This document shows positions 26,070 through 38,700 of a stretch of DNA of 64,000 nt, piece by piece (positions within the stretch are counted from its first letter, which is position 1; the number at the start of each line of letters is the position of its first letter). This stretch comes from Epiperipatus broadwayi (Eukaryota > Animalia > Onychophora). Under the pieces are notes generated by a model, which saw only the letters and a program-made list of their open reading frames with translations, was not told the origin of the DNA and searched no databases. The stretch lies in contig JAQFVV010000005.1 in NCBI GenBank assembly GCA_028023455.1, positions 15,872,001 through 15,936,000 on the forward strand, given 5' to 3'. The position numbers and the translations under genes are program-made.

Positions 26070-26290
26070 TAAAACAGTCAAAACTCTCCATACAGTAGCA
26101 CCACTCAGTGCAAGCCAGAGTAATCAATGGATGCCAGAAGGCTTGTGCATAAAATCCCCCATCTAGTACCTACTCATCCAATATCTACAGATTAGTTTCT
26201 GGCTTGTGGCCTTCATCAGTGAGGAGTCTTGGATCTGAGAGAACTGCACCTAGATCTTAGGATCTAATGCAACCCTCCAGCAGCTACCTT
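26070..26290 (-). mobile_element. Hammerhead repeat family B, near-complete unit
   Basis: Homologous to 40260, 43279, 56098 and 59082. Hammerhead motif at 26184-26225. Confidence 0.85.
26184..26225 (-). ncRNA. Variant hammerhead motif (family B)
   Basis: TCCTCA CTGATGA AGGC cacaa GCCA GAAA ctaa TC TGTAGA. Core complete, A.A at 10.1/11.1, stem I partly mismatched in this copy. Confidence 0.55.
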
Positions 26291-26449
26291 TTTTCTCTAC
26301 TTAACTATAAAACTATGAGAATAAAATTGAAAATACAATAATATTTTCTATCTAAGCTCACTAGCTTATATAGTCACATTTTGGTGTCTTTGGTTCTTTA
26401 ATAACCATAGCCACCACTATCCTATTAGGCAGGATTGGTATTAAACCAC

Positions 26450-26580
26450 TAAACATCACATGATCACCATTTTTATGCTTACTCATAACTGTTATTAAAA
26501 CAGGCAAAACTCTCCATACAGTAGTGCCACTCAGTGCATAATAACAGTTATGAGCAAGCAGAAGAAAGGGCGACCATGTG
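26450..26580. repeat. Fold-back fragment of the family B 3' end
   Basis: gcttactcataactgttatt is inverted relative to aataacagttatgagcaagc. Contains taaacatcacatga. Confidence 0.75.
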
Positions 26581-26759
26581 AATACCGAGTTATGTTGGTG
26601 AATTTTTATGATAACTAATATCATATTTTATAAATTCAATGAGATAAAGAAAAACTTCCCTCTCTAGTGCCATCTATTGGAAGTTTGAGTAATCAGTGGT
26701 TACCAACCTCTTTACTACATTTAAACCTTCATCTTCAGAACAAATTCTGATTTTTGAAT

Positions 26760-27070
26760 CCTATAATCTCATTAAGAAAAGCAAAAGCCAGAAATTGATC
26801 TGAGATTAGGATTTAAATAGTTTAATAATTACTGAATATTCAATCTTACAATAGATAGTGCTTCTATAGAGAATTGCCCTTGTTCTATTATATGGTGCAA
26901 ACTGGAAAAGATTTTCTATAAGATAATGATGAATTCTTCCTAACTGTAAGAATGTGTTCTCTTCTCCCAGTATTGATTCCATAATTAGTCTGTCAATAGT
27001 TAAAAATTGTAGTATACCAAGCATAAGGTTATATTCTCACCAAGAATTTCCTATGATATTCAAACACAGA
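26760..27070 (-). mobile_element. Degenerate LINE RT C-terminal fragment (CR1/jockey-like)
   Basis: ORF 26806..27024 RTRAILYRSTIYCKIEYS resembles the LYxSLVRPxLEY motif. Confidence 0.4.
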
Positions 27071-27527
27071 ACATGGGCATTTTAACAATGATTTTATAAA
27101 TAGTGTAAACTGTGAAAGAGGCAATGAAACCTTTATTATAAAGCTACACAGAGCCACAAGATCACAATATAACGTTATCTGTGTGCTGATAGCTGTATTG
27201 GAATTTAAGGTTAAATACTTCTAAATAAATGGTATAAATATATATTTTAATTTTAATTTTTATCACTAGATGACTGAAATTATCAGCAAAAAATAAAACT
27301 TTTTAGTTCAAAGATCAAATTGCAGATCTTAAATTGCATAAAATGCTGCCCATATTTTGTTTTCAAGCAGAAATGATTGTGAAAGAAATATTTTTATCTT
27401 TAGGTAGTTTAAATTATTTGAGATATGTTTTTATTTAAGAAGTATAAAATGGATTGGGTTTTTTTTATAATTGTATGATGTTTTTAGAAAAATTTGAAAT
27501 ATATATCATGGAAAAAAAAGTTATTCT

Positions 27528-27634
27528 GTCAAGCATTGGTGGTTGAGAGGTCAGCGACAGCAGCTTTACAAGCAGTTGTCCCGGGATAGTGGGTTCGCTT
27601 CCCGGCTGATGCTATGACACATGAGAAAAAAAAA
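27528..27634 (+). mobile_element. tRNA-Gly-derived SINE S1
   Basis: gtcaagcattggtggttgagagg...gggttcgcttcccggctgatgctatgacacatgag(A)n, with a degenerate TSD (aaaaaaaagttattct / aaaaaaaacgtaattct). Confidence 0.85.
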
Positions 27635-30281
27635 CGTAATTCTAACAAACACTTAAGTAGTAAGCATTTTTTAAATTTCCTTAAATAAATTTATAGCCTT
27701 TGCTATTTTTTTTTTTGTTTATGTTTAAAATTAACTTTACTAATAATTTTTTTATAAAATAGTTTTATCTCGAATTTTTTTTTATTCAAACTGAAACTAT
27801 GTATATAAAATAAATAAATAAAACATCAGTTTTCTTTTTGTTGTGGCCAAACAAGGGTTAAAAATATTGTAACTTTAACTACTGTCAAGGGACATTTTTT
27901 TTCATTTAAGTAAACTCCTGGTAGGTTTGACTGTCATCTGAAAGTTTAATCCAAAAGGGCTTTAGACATTGACATAGTTGAGGTAGATGGAATGAAAATT
28001 CATATTTTAGACATATGTCACTATGTTTATTTTTAAACATAGTCTGTAGCAATAAAAAGGTGTTCAAAAATTAAGAAAATCATTATAATTCTCTAATATG
28101 AGAAAAAACAAAAAAATTACAAAATACCTTAACTATATAAGAAATATGTAACAATTGGAGAGAGAGTCTCTGACTCTGTTAACAAAGAACTGAAATGCCC
28201 TCTAGTTGCTGTAAATTCATTTAACTTTTTATATATATAAAAAAAGACTATTTCTTTCTTAGGGTCAAATATATGATGTAGGAAGTTGATTACAATAAAC
28301 AATCAAATCAAATGTAAGTTGTTTTAAAATATCACAAATGATTTAATATTTAATTTTTTAGTTGTTATAATTCAAATCAATTTACCAGATAATATCTTGG
28401 ACTGCAGAAAAATATGGTCATTTTCGTTGTATAAAAAGTTGTTTAAATTTACAACAATTAAAAAGCTAAACATCACATGATCTGAGCAATTCATGTGTTT
28501 GTAATGACAATACTTGGTAGCTGTTTCTCATTATATTGTATGATATATGTACACACATACTTAAAAATACATATACAAATACTCTTACCACCAATATATA
28601 TGTATATAGTGCATTCAGACATATTAATGCTCTGTATATATGTGTGGATTGTTTGTGAAAAAGTTTTATGTGCATGTTTGAATATGTAAATATGTTATAC
28701 TGCCAAGAATTACCAGATATCTGGATTATAAATGATAATTGTTGTCTTCTCAATAATGTCAGTGAATAATAAATATCAACATAGAATAATTGTTAAATAA
28801 TTGATCTTTTTTAGTAGAAGACATATGCAAGGTCTTTTCTCTAAAAAGCACCATTTTTACTTACTCTGCTGTACAAAGTCAATGATATTCAAATTTGAAA
28901 ATATCCAAGAATTCAAAACTAGGGATTACATAAAAATAGCATATATTTTAAGTAACATCAGTTATATCTTTCTAACTTCATAGATTATTTGGACAAAGTC
29001 AATAAAACAAACATAATTGATTTTCTTTTTAGTTTTATGATAATAAGACAGAAGAGAGATCACTTATAATGCTTATAATGTAACTTCTGATGTTGGAAGA
29101 AAGATGGTATTACCATCTTTAATAAATGACAGTTTATAATTACATCTAATTAATTTACCTTAGATCTTTTATACTCATTAGCTGTGGTTGAACACAGTGG
29201 TAGAGTGATCCATTCAAGAGTTACAAATCTAGCATTATGTTTAACTTGTTAAACATCACATGAATTCTGAACAATTAATCATTTAATACTTGAGTTCTTT
29301 ATATTCTTTTTATTGAATTTTAGATAACAACAATGAGAACATAATTTCATTATTCATAATGTTATTTCTGCACCTTGAGTTGATTCAGGTTTGTTTACCA
29401 AATTTTTAAAATAGTGCTTCTAGTTTCCCAAGGTAATAAGATCAGTTTAAATGATCATTCATTATTTAGTGATTATTAATTTTTTGTGTCAGAGTATGCC
29501 ATATGGCTTGCAATACATATGTATTTCCAGGGTCACTGTAGCATTAAATTGACTAATATTACAATAGGTTTTAATAAATGACTTTCATACTGGAATGTAT
29601 GAATCATCACAAGAAATAGTCAATTCTCCAAATCTGAAAGGAATCTGGTGCCTTTTGACAATATTGCATATATAAATAAAGCTAAAAGTATCAAATTGCT
29701 AATATCATACATACAATAATTTCAGAAGCTTTTGAAATTTTCTAGCCCTATCTATATTAAATATAATGATCATCATTATCCAACTATTTTCAGTGGATGA
29801 ACATGGAACTACTTTGACTGCTTCTTGAACTTTACTAAGTGGGCAAATATGGGCAATGGCATTGGTGAGATTCATTACCAAATTCAAATAGTTATAGCCT
29901 GATTTAAATTGGTCTTAAATCTTGCAAATGTTGTTGCTTGTACTTGTTATCTTAATAAAAAACTCAAGAAGCAGTAGGAGATTGTTCCATTTTTATCTAA
30001 GAAAGACAGTTGAAGAGTTAATGCAAAATAGTTAATTAAATATAATATAGATAACCCTAGGGGATTTCAGCAGCTTCTAAAACTATTACATAATAATTGA
30101 TGTCTTGTAATTATGTGTTAATCTATATTGTCAAATTTAATTGTCGAATACTTTTAGAAAAACGGAGTTTTATTTACACTTTCTCAAATACATTCCACTA
30201 TTAATAATAACACTCATATTAGTATGAAACACAATGTTTAATATTATTCTCATATTTTTTTCATCTATTGTTAATCTAACC

Positions 30282-30365
30282 AGGGGCATGCGAATCAAAC
30301 CTGGCACATCTAGACTCATAAATACTGATTTTAAGATGCTCTAATAAACTAGAATATTCTACCAA
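30282..30365 (-). mobile_element. SINE-like family S2, degenerate
   Basis: Minus strand ttattagagcatcttaaaatcagtatttatgagtctagatgtgccaggtttgattc, similar to the 1850 and 30655 copies. Confidence 0.4.
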
Positions 30366-30654
30366 AGGCAACAGTCAGTAGAAATTTTATATACTTATCT
30401 ATAAGGGTCCTGCTGATTTCTGTATATATATATTTCTTTATTAAAGGCAAGGTTAATGAGTGGTTTCCAAAAATTATGATTTATGCTACTAGGCTAAATT
30501 AAGAGATTATTTGCATTATCACGTGAGCTGCTTATAATCACATAAGTGTTATAATTCATGATCACTCGCTAATCTTACCTTTAAGAAAAAAATTGAGAAA
30601 TCAGGGGGGACCTAATAAATAAATATATAATATTTATACTGTTTGCTGCTATGA

Positions 30655-30735
30655 CATAATAGTCTAATTAGTTAAGGCATCACTTTAAATTCGGTATTCA
30701 TGAATCTAAAGGTACCAGATTAAATTCCCATGTAT
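30655..30735 (+). mobile_element. SINE-like family S2, degenerate
   Basis: tagtctaattagttaaggcatcactttaaattcggtattcatgaatctaaaggtaccagattaaattccc. Confidence 0.4.
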
Positions 30736-31481
30736 CACTAATTAGGACAATAGTACCTAAAGAAAAGCAGATACCATTCAAAACATTATATTATATATTA
30801 ACCCCGTGTCCTATAAAGTGTAAATAAAGTTTGAATTTTCTAAAGATATTCAACAATTAATTCTAGATGATGAAAATAATCCAACATATAATTACAAGTT
30901 AAGTATAGTCATCACAAACTTTCAGACAAAGCATTTAATCATATTATTACACACATAGACAAGCACACATGTATATGTTATATATATTTGTGTGTGTAGA
31001 AAGAGAGGGGTTTGTATTATTTCGAAGTATCAGAGATTACTTTATAATAATCTTTGGAATATGGAATTAATTCTTAGTTAAAATGTAGAGAAAAACAATT
31101 GTAATGTTATTTTCTTGAATCAGACTCTTTGAAATCGTGAAACTTGATTTTCAATAGATCCGTTAATATAGATGCATATCTGTATATAAAATACCAATTC
31201 AAAATGAAATGTCACGCTCTTTTATTAGAGTGAGTAAAGTTAACCAAAATAAAAATATTTTTTTGCATTTGAAAAATATTTGAAAACTATAGTGAATTTT
31301 CATATGTATATATAAAAAATGTTTTAAGAATAAAAAAAAAAAGAAAGCATGTTTGCAAAACAAAAAAAAGTAAAAATGTTTCTGTTTCAAATAGCAAAAC
31401 GAAAAGCAAAAGCAAATAAAAAAACGTATTGGTGGCTGTTGGTTCAAACTTGACTGGCGTTTCATAAAAAAAAAAACTCAC

Positions 31482-31667
31482 CCCCTGAACTGGCAGACTT
31501 CTCACTTTCTGATTCTTCTTCATCCTCCACATCATCACGACTACTCTCAGGCACACCAGCGCCACCTTGTGTGACGCTAGTAACGCTCATTCTACTCTCA
31601 CCCAGGGTATTAGTGGAATACATAGGAATGCTACGGGTGGAACTGGAAACACTTACAGTATCACTTT
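31482..31667 (-). CDS. Internal coding exon (186 bp, phase 1-1) of an unidentified host gene; Ser/Thr-rich then acidic peptide
   Basis: Acceptor ttgtcttgtctcttccag, donor GTGAGT, GC much higher than flanks, open frame ESDTVSVSSSTRSIPMYSTNTLGESRMSVTSVTQGGAGVPESSRDDVEDEEESESEKSASSG. Confidence 0.7.
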
Positions 31668-32029
31668 CTGGAAGAGACAAGACAATAATTATTAGTAAGG
31701 TAAATTGGAAAAACAAAAAACAAAGATAAATTATTAAATACATAAAAAAAGCAAAAACGCAAAGAGTAAAAATAAGTACATAGTTGACAAAAATTTTAAT
31801 GTAAATTTAAAAAAAAAAAAAGCAATATAATTTTTTTAAAAAAACCTGAACCAGCTATCACTATCATTTGATTTAAAAAAAAAAAAGATTAATTGTGTAT
31901 GTGAATGTATTTCTAAACAATCAATAAAGCCCTTGGTCTCTCAATTACACAATTTGACTAAACCTGTGGTAAATTTAAAGTTGCTATATTTTGCTCCGAC
32001 AATAAAATATTACAATCCTCCTTCATGTG

Positions 32030-32530
32030 GTGTCATTATCATCACTTTCAACAATTATTTGATCCACTGGAGAATGCAGGTCTCTCCAAGTTTAACCCAA
32101 TTTCTATAAACCATAGCCCCTCTTCTCTAGCCACACTAGTAAACATTTTTTCCTTCTAACCTACAGTTTATTTCTAGGTCTTTTAGAATCTCTTGAGATC
32201 AATTTTAAAATTTCAACACTCTATTATAATCTCATCTGATAAAATGGCCAGTCCAGTCCCATTTTAGTTTCTTAATCCTCTTAATGATGCCAGTAACTAC
32301 CAGTTTACTATGGACTTGGTTTTTGACCTCTTCTTGTTACTTATAACATACATGTTTCTATATTGCTCAGATCCATAAGTAAGAATTGGTATACATCTAT
32401 TAAAAACCTTCTCTTTCAAACATTTGGCATACTTCCTCTTAGTAGTAAATTATTTCTATCAAAAAAATTTCATCCAGATTTAATTCTGTAATTAATTTCA
32501 TTACTTGACCAAGGTATTTGTAGTTGTTAA
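32030..32530 (-). mobile_element. RTE-clade LINE 3' fragment
   Basis: Minus translation NNYKYLGQ...IKKLKWDWTGH...WVKLGETCILQWIK, then a GAT-like tail. Same family as 35730. Confidence 0.7.
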
Positions 32531-35433
32531 CTTCTTATTCAATTTTTATTTTTTTCTTCTGAAAAAATCCATTGAACATTATTTTTTTTTTTTTTAGCAT
32601 TTAAAATCTCAAATGATATTTCAGCTAAAAACACTCAGGTAACTGAGAAGAAAGAGCATGGTGTTTCTTAAATCTTAAATCCAGAGAAAAACATCAATAA
32701 ACTCACCGAGCCAACTGATGCATGTTGGAAACCAGCTCATCTATGTTTGTTCATTATATGAATAATAAAATAGTAATAATAGCTACAATGTCAAGAACAT
32801 ATAAAGTGGAAACTAATAATTTGCCATATTAGGTTCCTTTAAAGTCTCAAAACACACTCTGTTTATAATTTAACATTTTGTATGTTATTTATAACATATT
32901 TGAACATTTTACTATTTATAAATATTTTTGTTTTTGCAGTATGATTAGATGATTAGGATGTAAATATAAATGTTGTTTATTTCATTTTCCTTATTTATTA
33001 TAATATTTATACACTAGTTATAAACTAGTATTAAAAGAAGATAAAGTAATTTAAATTTACAATTTATTTTGCATTAAGCATGATTTCATTAGGACTCTGC
33101 CGGAATCATAATGCTGTCTTATTTGGCAGTTAAAAGTTGCATCCTTAAATAAATATATTTCATTATGTAAATGAGACATTTAAATATTCCATTCTTTTGG
33201 CAATGGAACACATGATTCTTTTTTATTAATTGCAGATGGATATTATACAATTGTCCATGTTTCTTTGTATTTAGGGTGTGCAAAAATAATGCCACCATAA
33301 AACAAAGCTTTTCCAAATCCCTCCATGATGAAATTGTCAAAAATGCAATCAGCTATATGATAATAAAGATTTCTGAGTTATTCATATATCTAGTTATCTA
33401 GGTGATAGTTAGGTTTGTTATGAGCTGGATATATGAAACAAAAATCTTTAGCATGTTGGAAATCATAAATCAGATGAAAAAAAAAAAATTCAAAATTTTA
33501 CTTGATTTGAAACATTAGCTCATAAGCACTGTAACAGAGAGGATAACTATCTGATTAGACTCATTTCTGTATAAGCTATTTTGGAATAAAATCATTTTTC
33601 ACATTTGCTATTATTAAAAAATAATAGTTTCTTTTTGTAACTGTAACATGGATGTGATAGAAATAAAGTGGCTTCTCCTTAGATGAAGTCAGACATTTGG
33701 GGGAATAAACTATATGTTTTTAGCCAAATTAAGTATTCTCTGCCTTATTACAAAATTAATAATCCAATCACAGTTTTTTCTTCTATCCTATTCTAATAAA
33801 AGTGATTTTATTAATTCAATTCTTTTAATCTCATTTCTATTTTTATTTGAAAACCTAAACAAATTGTAAAATCTCTGTCTCATTCACTTAGTTTTATTTA
33901 TATATATACTTTCCACATCATTTATTCTTATCTTTTTTTAATATTCTCCAAAAATAAATGTTACGTATTTTCCTTCATTAAATCTACATATAAATCTCAA
34001 ATTCTTATTCTATCTTTATCTTCTTATTCTGATATCCAAAACTCCTCTGTTTTTATCAAATAATAATAAGCTTCCACTATTGACATCATTTCAAATTATT
34101 TTGTTATCTATATTCATATTCCATACGTACTTTTTTTTATTCTAATCAACTTAACTATTCATTTTCTCCACCTCTATATAATTACATACCTGTAGTAATC
34201 CTCTCCATACTTATCCTATTTTTTATATAAATAAATTATTTTATTTATTAACTCTGCATATATAAAGCTTTGTCACTTCTGATTCATAAATTTCTTAAGA
34301 ACTCTTAAACAAAACATTTGATTGTTTTATATTGACTATTTATTTAAAATAGCAAAGAAAATTTCAACATATATTGTACATTTTACCCATATTATTTCTC
34401 TTTATTGAAAAACATTGCGCTTAAAGCCTACTCTCAGGCTAACTAATCATAGTAACTAACAATAGCTAAATATCCATTTACCAATTAATATTAGATGATT
34501 ATTTATGCTGGATGAGGGACATCTACTTAGAAAAACAATACCAACCCTGACGAAAAACATTTCAAGTTTACTCATCCTGGATTCGAATTAGATTATGACA
34601 GGTGCATGGGGTACCACTACTCATTTCAGCAGCAGTACAATATTTCCTCTGCTTTCACAATTTTCAATCTCAGTTTAAATAAATAATAAAAAATAATATT
34701 AAAAAAAATGAAAATCAATAAAAATTATTTTAATTTTCTGTCTTAATTATTTGTTCAACTAAGCAATAAACGCTATGGACGCACATTTATACATATGTGT
34801 ATGCGTATGTTTTCAACCATTATACACACTTCTGGTATATGTTTGTGTTAAAATGTATTTTATAATATACCTTATAACTATCCCTGAAATTTCACATGTA
34901 AGACATAGCTTGGTATTAAATATCGCGAATATTGCTGGACTATTGTATATATAGACCATAACTGATTATTATTATTGTTATTATTAATGTGCTACTAATT
35001 TAATACCATCGACAGAAAAATAATCGCATTCGAAAACAGGAAAATTTATTTCTATTTCTAGAAAATCTTATTAGTTGTTTACTTTCAACACGTCTGTAGA
35101 AGAATAGAAATTATAGTTAAAAGATTTTGATTTCTTCTTAGGTTTCCTTTCATAAAGAAATCTTTGATTAAAACCGTCACCAGAGAGGATTGGTAATAAA
35201 ACAACTAAAAATAGCCTTAATAGCACTAAAAATCTCAATTACTTTGGCAAGATCCTATTACTGTACAACTGATCCTATAATAAAAGCTGTTGGCAACTTT
35301 AGCTATTAATGTCACGGTGCTGATTTGGAAAAAAATAATTTAATCCTTCACTTACTACAACAAACAATGAGTTAACCCTTTTTCCTTTTAAAAATATAAT
35401 ATTTATAATCTACTTAATCATAAACACTAATGC

Positions 35434-35715
35434 AAATTTTATTCGCATCATCATCACTGGTCGTTCACAGACAACTACGACCATTCCAATTCAAAAAGAA
35501 AAAAATATATAAAAAGACAATACTAGAGATAAGTTTTAAAAATTTACAAACAGATACATTCAAATATATTGGGAAAAAAAAATATTTGAATGTATCTGTT
35601 TGTAAATTTTTAAAACTTCTCTCTAGTATTGACTTTTTATATATTTTTTTCTTTTGGAATTGGAAAGATCGTAGTTGTCTGTGAACGACTGATGATGATG
35701 ATACGGATAAAATTT
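35434..35715. mobile_element. Fold-back palindrome / MITE-like hairpin (~134 bp arms, ~14 nt spacer)
   Basis: Arms are near-perfect reverse complements (tcgttcacagacaactacga / tcgtagttgtctgtgaacga). Confidence 0.9.
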
Positions 35716-35729
35716 ACATATTTCTAGAA

Positions 35730-35941
35730 GAGATGATAATAGATGGACAATTGAAAATTTTGAATTGGATTCCAAGAAATTGTAAAAGACCCAGAAAGAG
35801 ACCATATGTGAGATAGATGGATGAAATAAGAAAGGATGCAGGGGTGATGTGGAGAAGAGAAGCTAAAGATAGGAAAGGATGGATTGAACTTGGAGAGACC
35901 TTCATCCTGCAGTGGATTGGTAATGGTTGATGATGATGACA
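35730..35941 (+). mobile_element. RTE-clade LINE 3' end with (GAT)n tail
   Basis: With one small frameshift: RWT..KILNWIPRNCKRPRKRPYVR*MDEIRKDAGVMWRREAKDRKGWIELGETFILQWIG, then gatgatgatg. This is the typical RTE C-terminus. Confidence 0.85.
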
Positions 35942-36875
35942 TTCAAATATAGAACATTTTGATCCATTATTCTGTTTTGATATTTTGTGATGTTATCTTT
36001 TAATTTCTGTAGAAAACTTTTCTTTCTTAAATACTTCAATACTTTGTTTAATTGCAACCCTATTCTATTCTCGCCATACATTTTCAATGTAAACAATCAA
36101 AATTAGATTTCTTTAGAATGTTTGAGATAATCTTTAAAATGTCAATGGGGTCTGCCACCCCCACAAAAACTATATTGAAATTATTAATTAAAGAATAAAA
36201 ACGTGACTGCATAAAGCCATAAACAATAGTGATAATCAGTAGGATAAGAAATTGTAAACTAAAACATATTAAACTTATGAAGAATGGAATTATGCAGGAA
36301 TTATTTCTATAATCTTGAAACATATGTGCAATACATGAAAGAATCTTAAATATTTAAAAACTCTAATGGCTTGGATATCAATTACTGCTGAAATCATAAC
36401 AAATACTAAACTAGTTTCAGACCTAAAGATATAGATGGCTTGTATTCAAAACCATAGAATGTTTGAAGCTTTCTAAAGTGAATTGATTCAACATATCAGT
36501 GCCACTTATTACCAACTTGATTAATTAATCAGAAACTATTAATGTGACTGTGACAACTTTAATAACTAGTATCATTATTTAATGCTCACCTAAACTTTTA
36601 CTGTGAGGATCAATAAAGTTTAATTATAATTTTATGTTTTGAAATATTGATTTAAAAAATAAAGATTAGATGTGAGTCCATTGCCTGTAGTATTCCATAT
36701 GAGATGAGAGACACATAATATGAAAAAAGTAGTGTTCACTTTTTACAATCACTGCATTAACAAAATAAAATCAATCGAATGGTTAATTACTTGGGAGGTC
36801 ATATGACATTCAAGTACCAGAAATGACAACTGACTTTAGATCCAAGAACCTTAAATTTTTGAGTCCTCATTACTT

Positions 36876-36940
36876 TGCATGGTTTATGCAGAGGTAGAGT
36901 GGTGGACTCTGATAAGGTCCATGGGTCATGGTTGCAGCTC
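36876..36940 (+). mobile_element. SINE-like family S3
   Basis: tgcatggtttatgcagaggtagagtggtggactctgataaggtccatgggtcatggttgcagctc. Confidence 0.5.
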
Positions 36941-37799
36941 ATCATTTTCATCACTCAAGTGTTCTATGAACTCTTCAGCAATAACCAATTACTATTATTT
37001 GAGTTTATCATTTTACCATAGTATTAAATTATAGAGGAAAATTAGCACATTAAACCAATCCAGATTAACTCTAGATTTTTACTAACTGGCTTATAAAATA
37101 TAAACACCCATTGACTGATCAACTCTGAGTTGATTATCTGTAAAAAAAAAAAAAATTCTAAGCCTGTTTACTGATCTGAAAAAACTTTTAAAATTCATTG
37201 AATTCAGACTTTAATCCTATCAATTGAACAATATGTATCTCAAATCCTCTTGCTAAAAACAGGTCGATATATCTGCTATATAAGCTACTATGACAAAGTA
37301 GTAGCACCAATTAACAACAGCAGTAGGATTCTGGTGCTCCACAATATTAAAATAATATATTTAAGCATCTCAAATGTAGAGCTTCATTACAAACAATAAA
37401 CTTTATATACCATTAAGATGCAATACACATGAATAGTGAGAGTTTATTAAAATTTAAACAGTAACACTCATCTGTATATACCAATATTAGTTCAAAGCCT
37501 TTTTGTGAGCACCTAAAATTTGAGAGTAATAGACAATACATACATCTACAATAAACTTTATTTTTTAAAAATGTATATAGTTAGATATCAAAAATAAATA
37601 AATAAAAACAATAGAATTATGCAGTTGTGGATTAAACAGTAAAATAATAAAACTAAAGGGGGGGGGAGAAAAGAAGCCATATGATTGGTTAAGCGCATAT
37701 GAAAAAATAACTGAGTGAGGGTACATTCCCAAGAGTTATTTTATTAAATCAAAATAAAACATTCATATTATCTAGATTGGACAATGTTTTTCAGTAAAA

Positions 37800-38510
37800 A
37801 ACTCATCTTTCTATAGTGTAATTTTCACTACATCCCTTTCATGCATGATAGGAAAACATTTCTATCCACTTTTAACACCTTATGGAAGAATGTAATGATA
37901 AACATATGACCAAAGATATGTAAAAAAGATCTATGATCTTCAGGATGTATATTTTCTGCTGAACCAGCCCTCATCAGTTGTTCCAGATCACAATCTCTTA
38001 CACATATCTTTATCATTGTTCAGTGTATATATAGCAAATTACTATAGTTTAATTGATAAAAATGTCAAATATGCTGTCCTCACAAGTTGACACAAATCTC
38101 TTAATGAAAGTACATTAATAATTTTTTTATCAGTCATTCATTAGATTAGAGGTTATCCAATAATGAAAAACATTTACGTAGTGCAATTTTCAATACACCA
38201 CTTTCATACAAGGTATGGAGTGGCTTTCTATCCACTTTTAACCCCATGTGGAGAAATGTAAACCTAAACATATGATCAAAGACATATGAAAAAGATCTAT
38301 AATTTTCAAGAGGGACATTTTGTGCTGAACTAGCACTCATCAGTTGGCCCTAACCACAATCTCTTACATATATATTTATCATTGTTCATTATATATATAT
38401 ATATAATTACTACAATTTAATTGGTATAATGAAAATTATACTACAGAAATATTATTTATTACTGAATAACCTCTAGGTCTAATGAATGACTAATAAAAAT
38501 TATTAACAAA
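37800..38510 (-). mobile_element. Hammerhead repeat family A: tandem dimer (~363 bp period) plus a short inverted piece
   Basis: Two units homologous to 14782-15320. Degenerate hammerheads at 37940-37982 and 38306-38347. 38434-38510 is inverted. Confidence 0.85.
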
Positions 38511-38589
38511 CTTATCTCTCTTACTTCAGTTCTGCCATCTAGGATAATCTTGAATAATCAGATGTGAGGTGGTAGTGCTAAATAAATTC

Positions 38590-38700
38590 CTATCCAGTAC
38601 TGACTTTTCAATACATCCAGATTAGTTTCTAGTTTATGACTACTGGAGCAAAAAAGCCTTAGATTTAAAAAAAAATCAGATGTATCAAATTCAGATCTAA
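38590..38700 (-). repeat. Degenerate family B fragment
   Basis: atccagattagtttctagtttatg corresponds to the B hammerhead 3' half (GAAACTAATCTG on minus). Confidence 0.45.

Noticed and set aside
31287-31743. Full ORFs 31462..31743 and 31287..31565 as genes
   Set aside because: Only 31482-31667 lies between splice signals. The rest is intronic T-rich sequence or an alternative frame.
34510-34660. GC-enriched island with short open frames on both strands
   Set aside because: Weak splice signals, and the phase does not match the 31667 acceptor; cannot be supported.
35430-35684. 84 aa ORF
   Set aside because: Lies within a DNA palindrome; no protein features.
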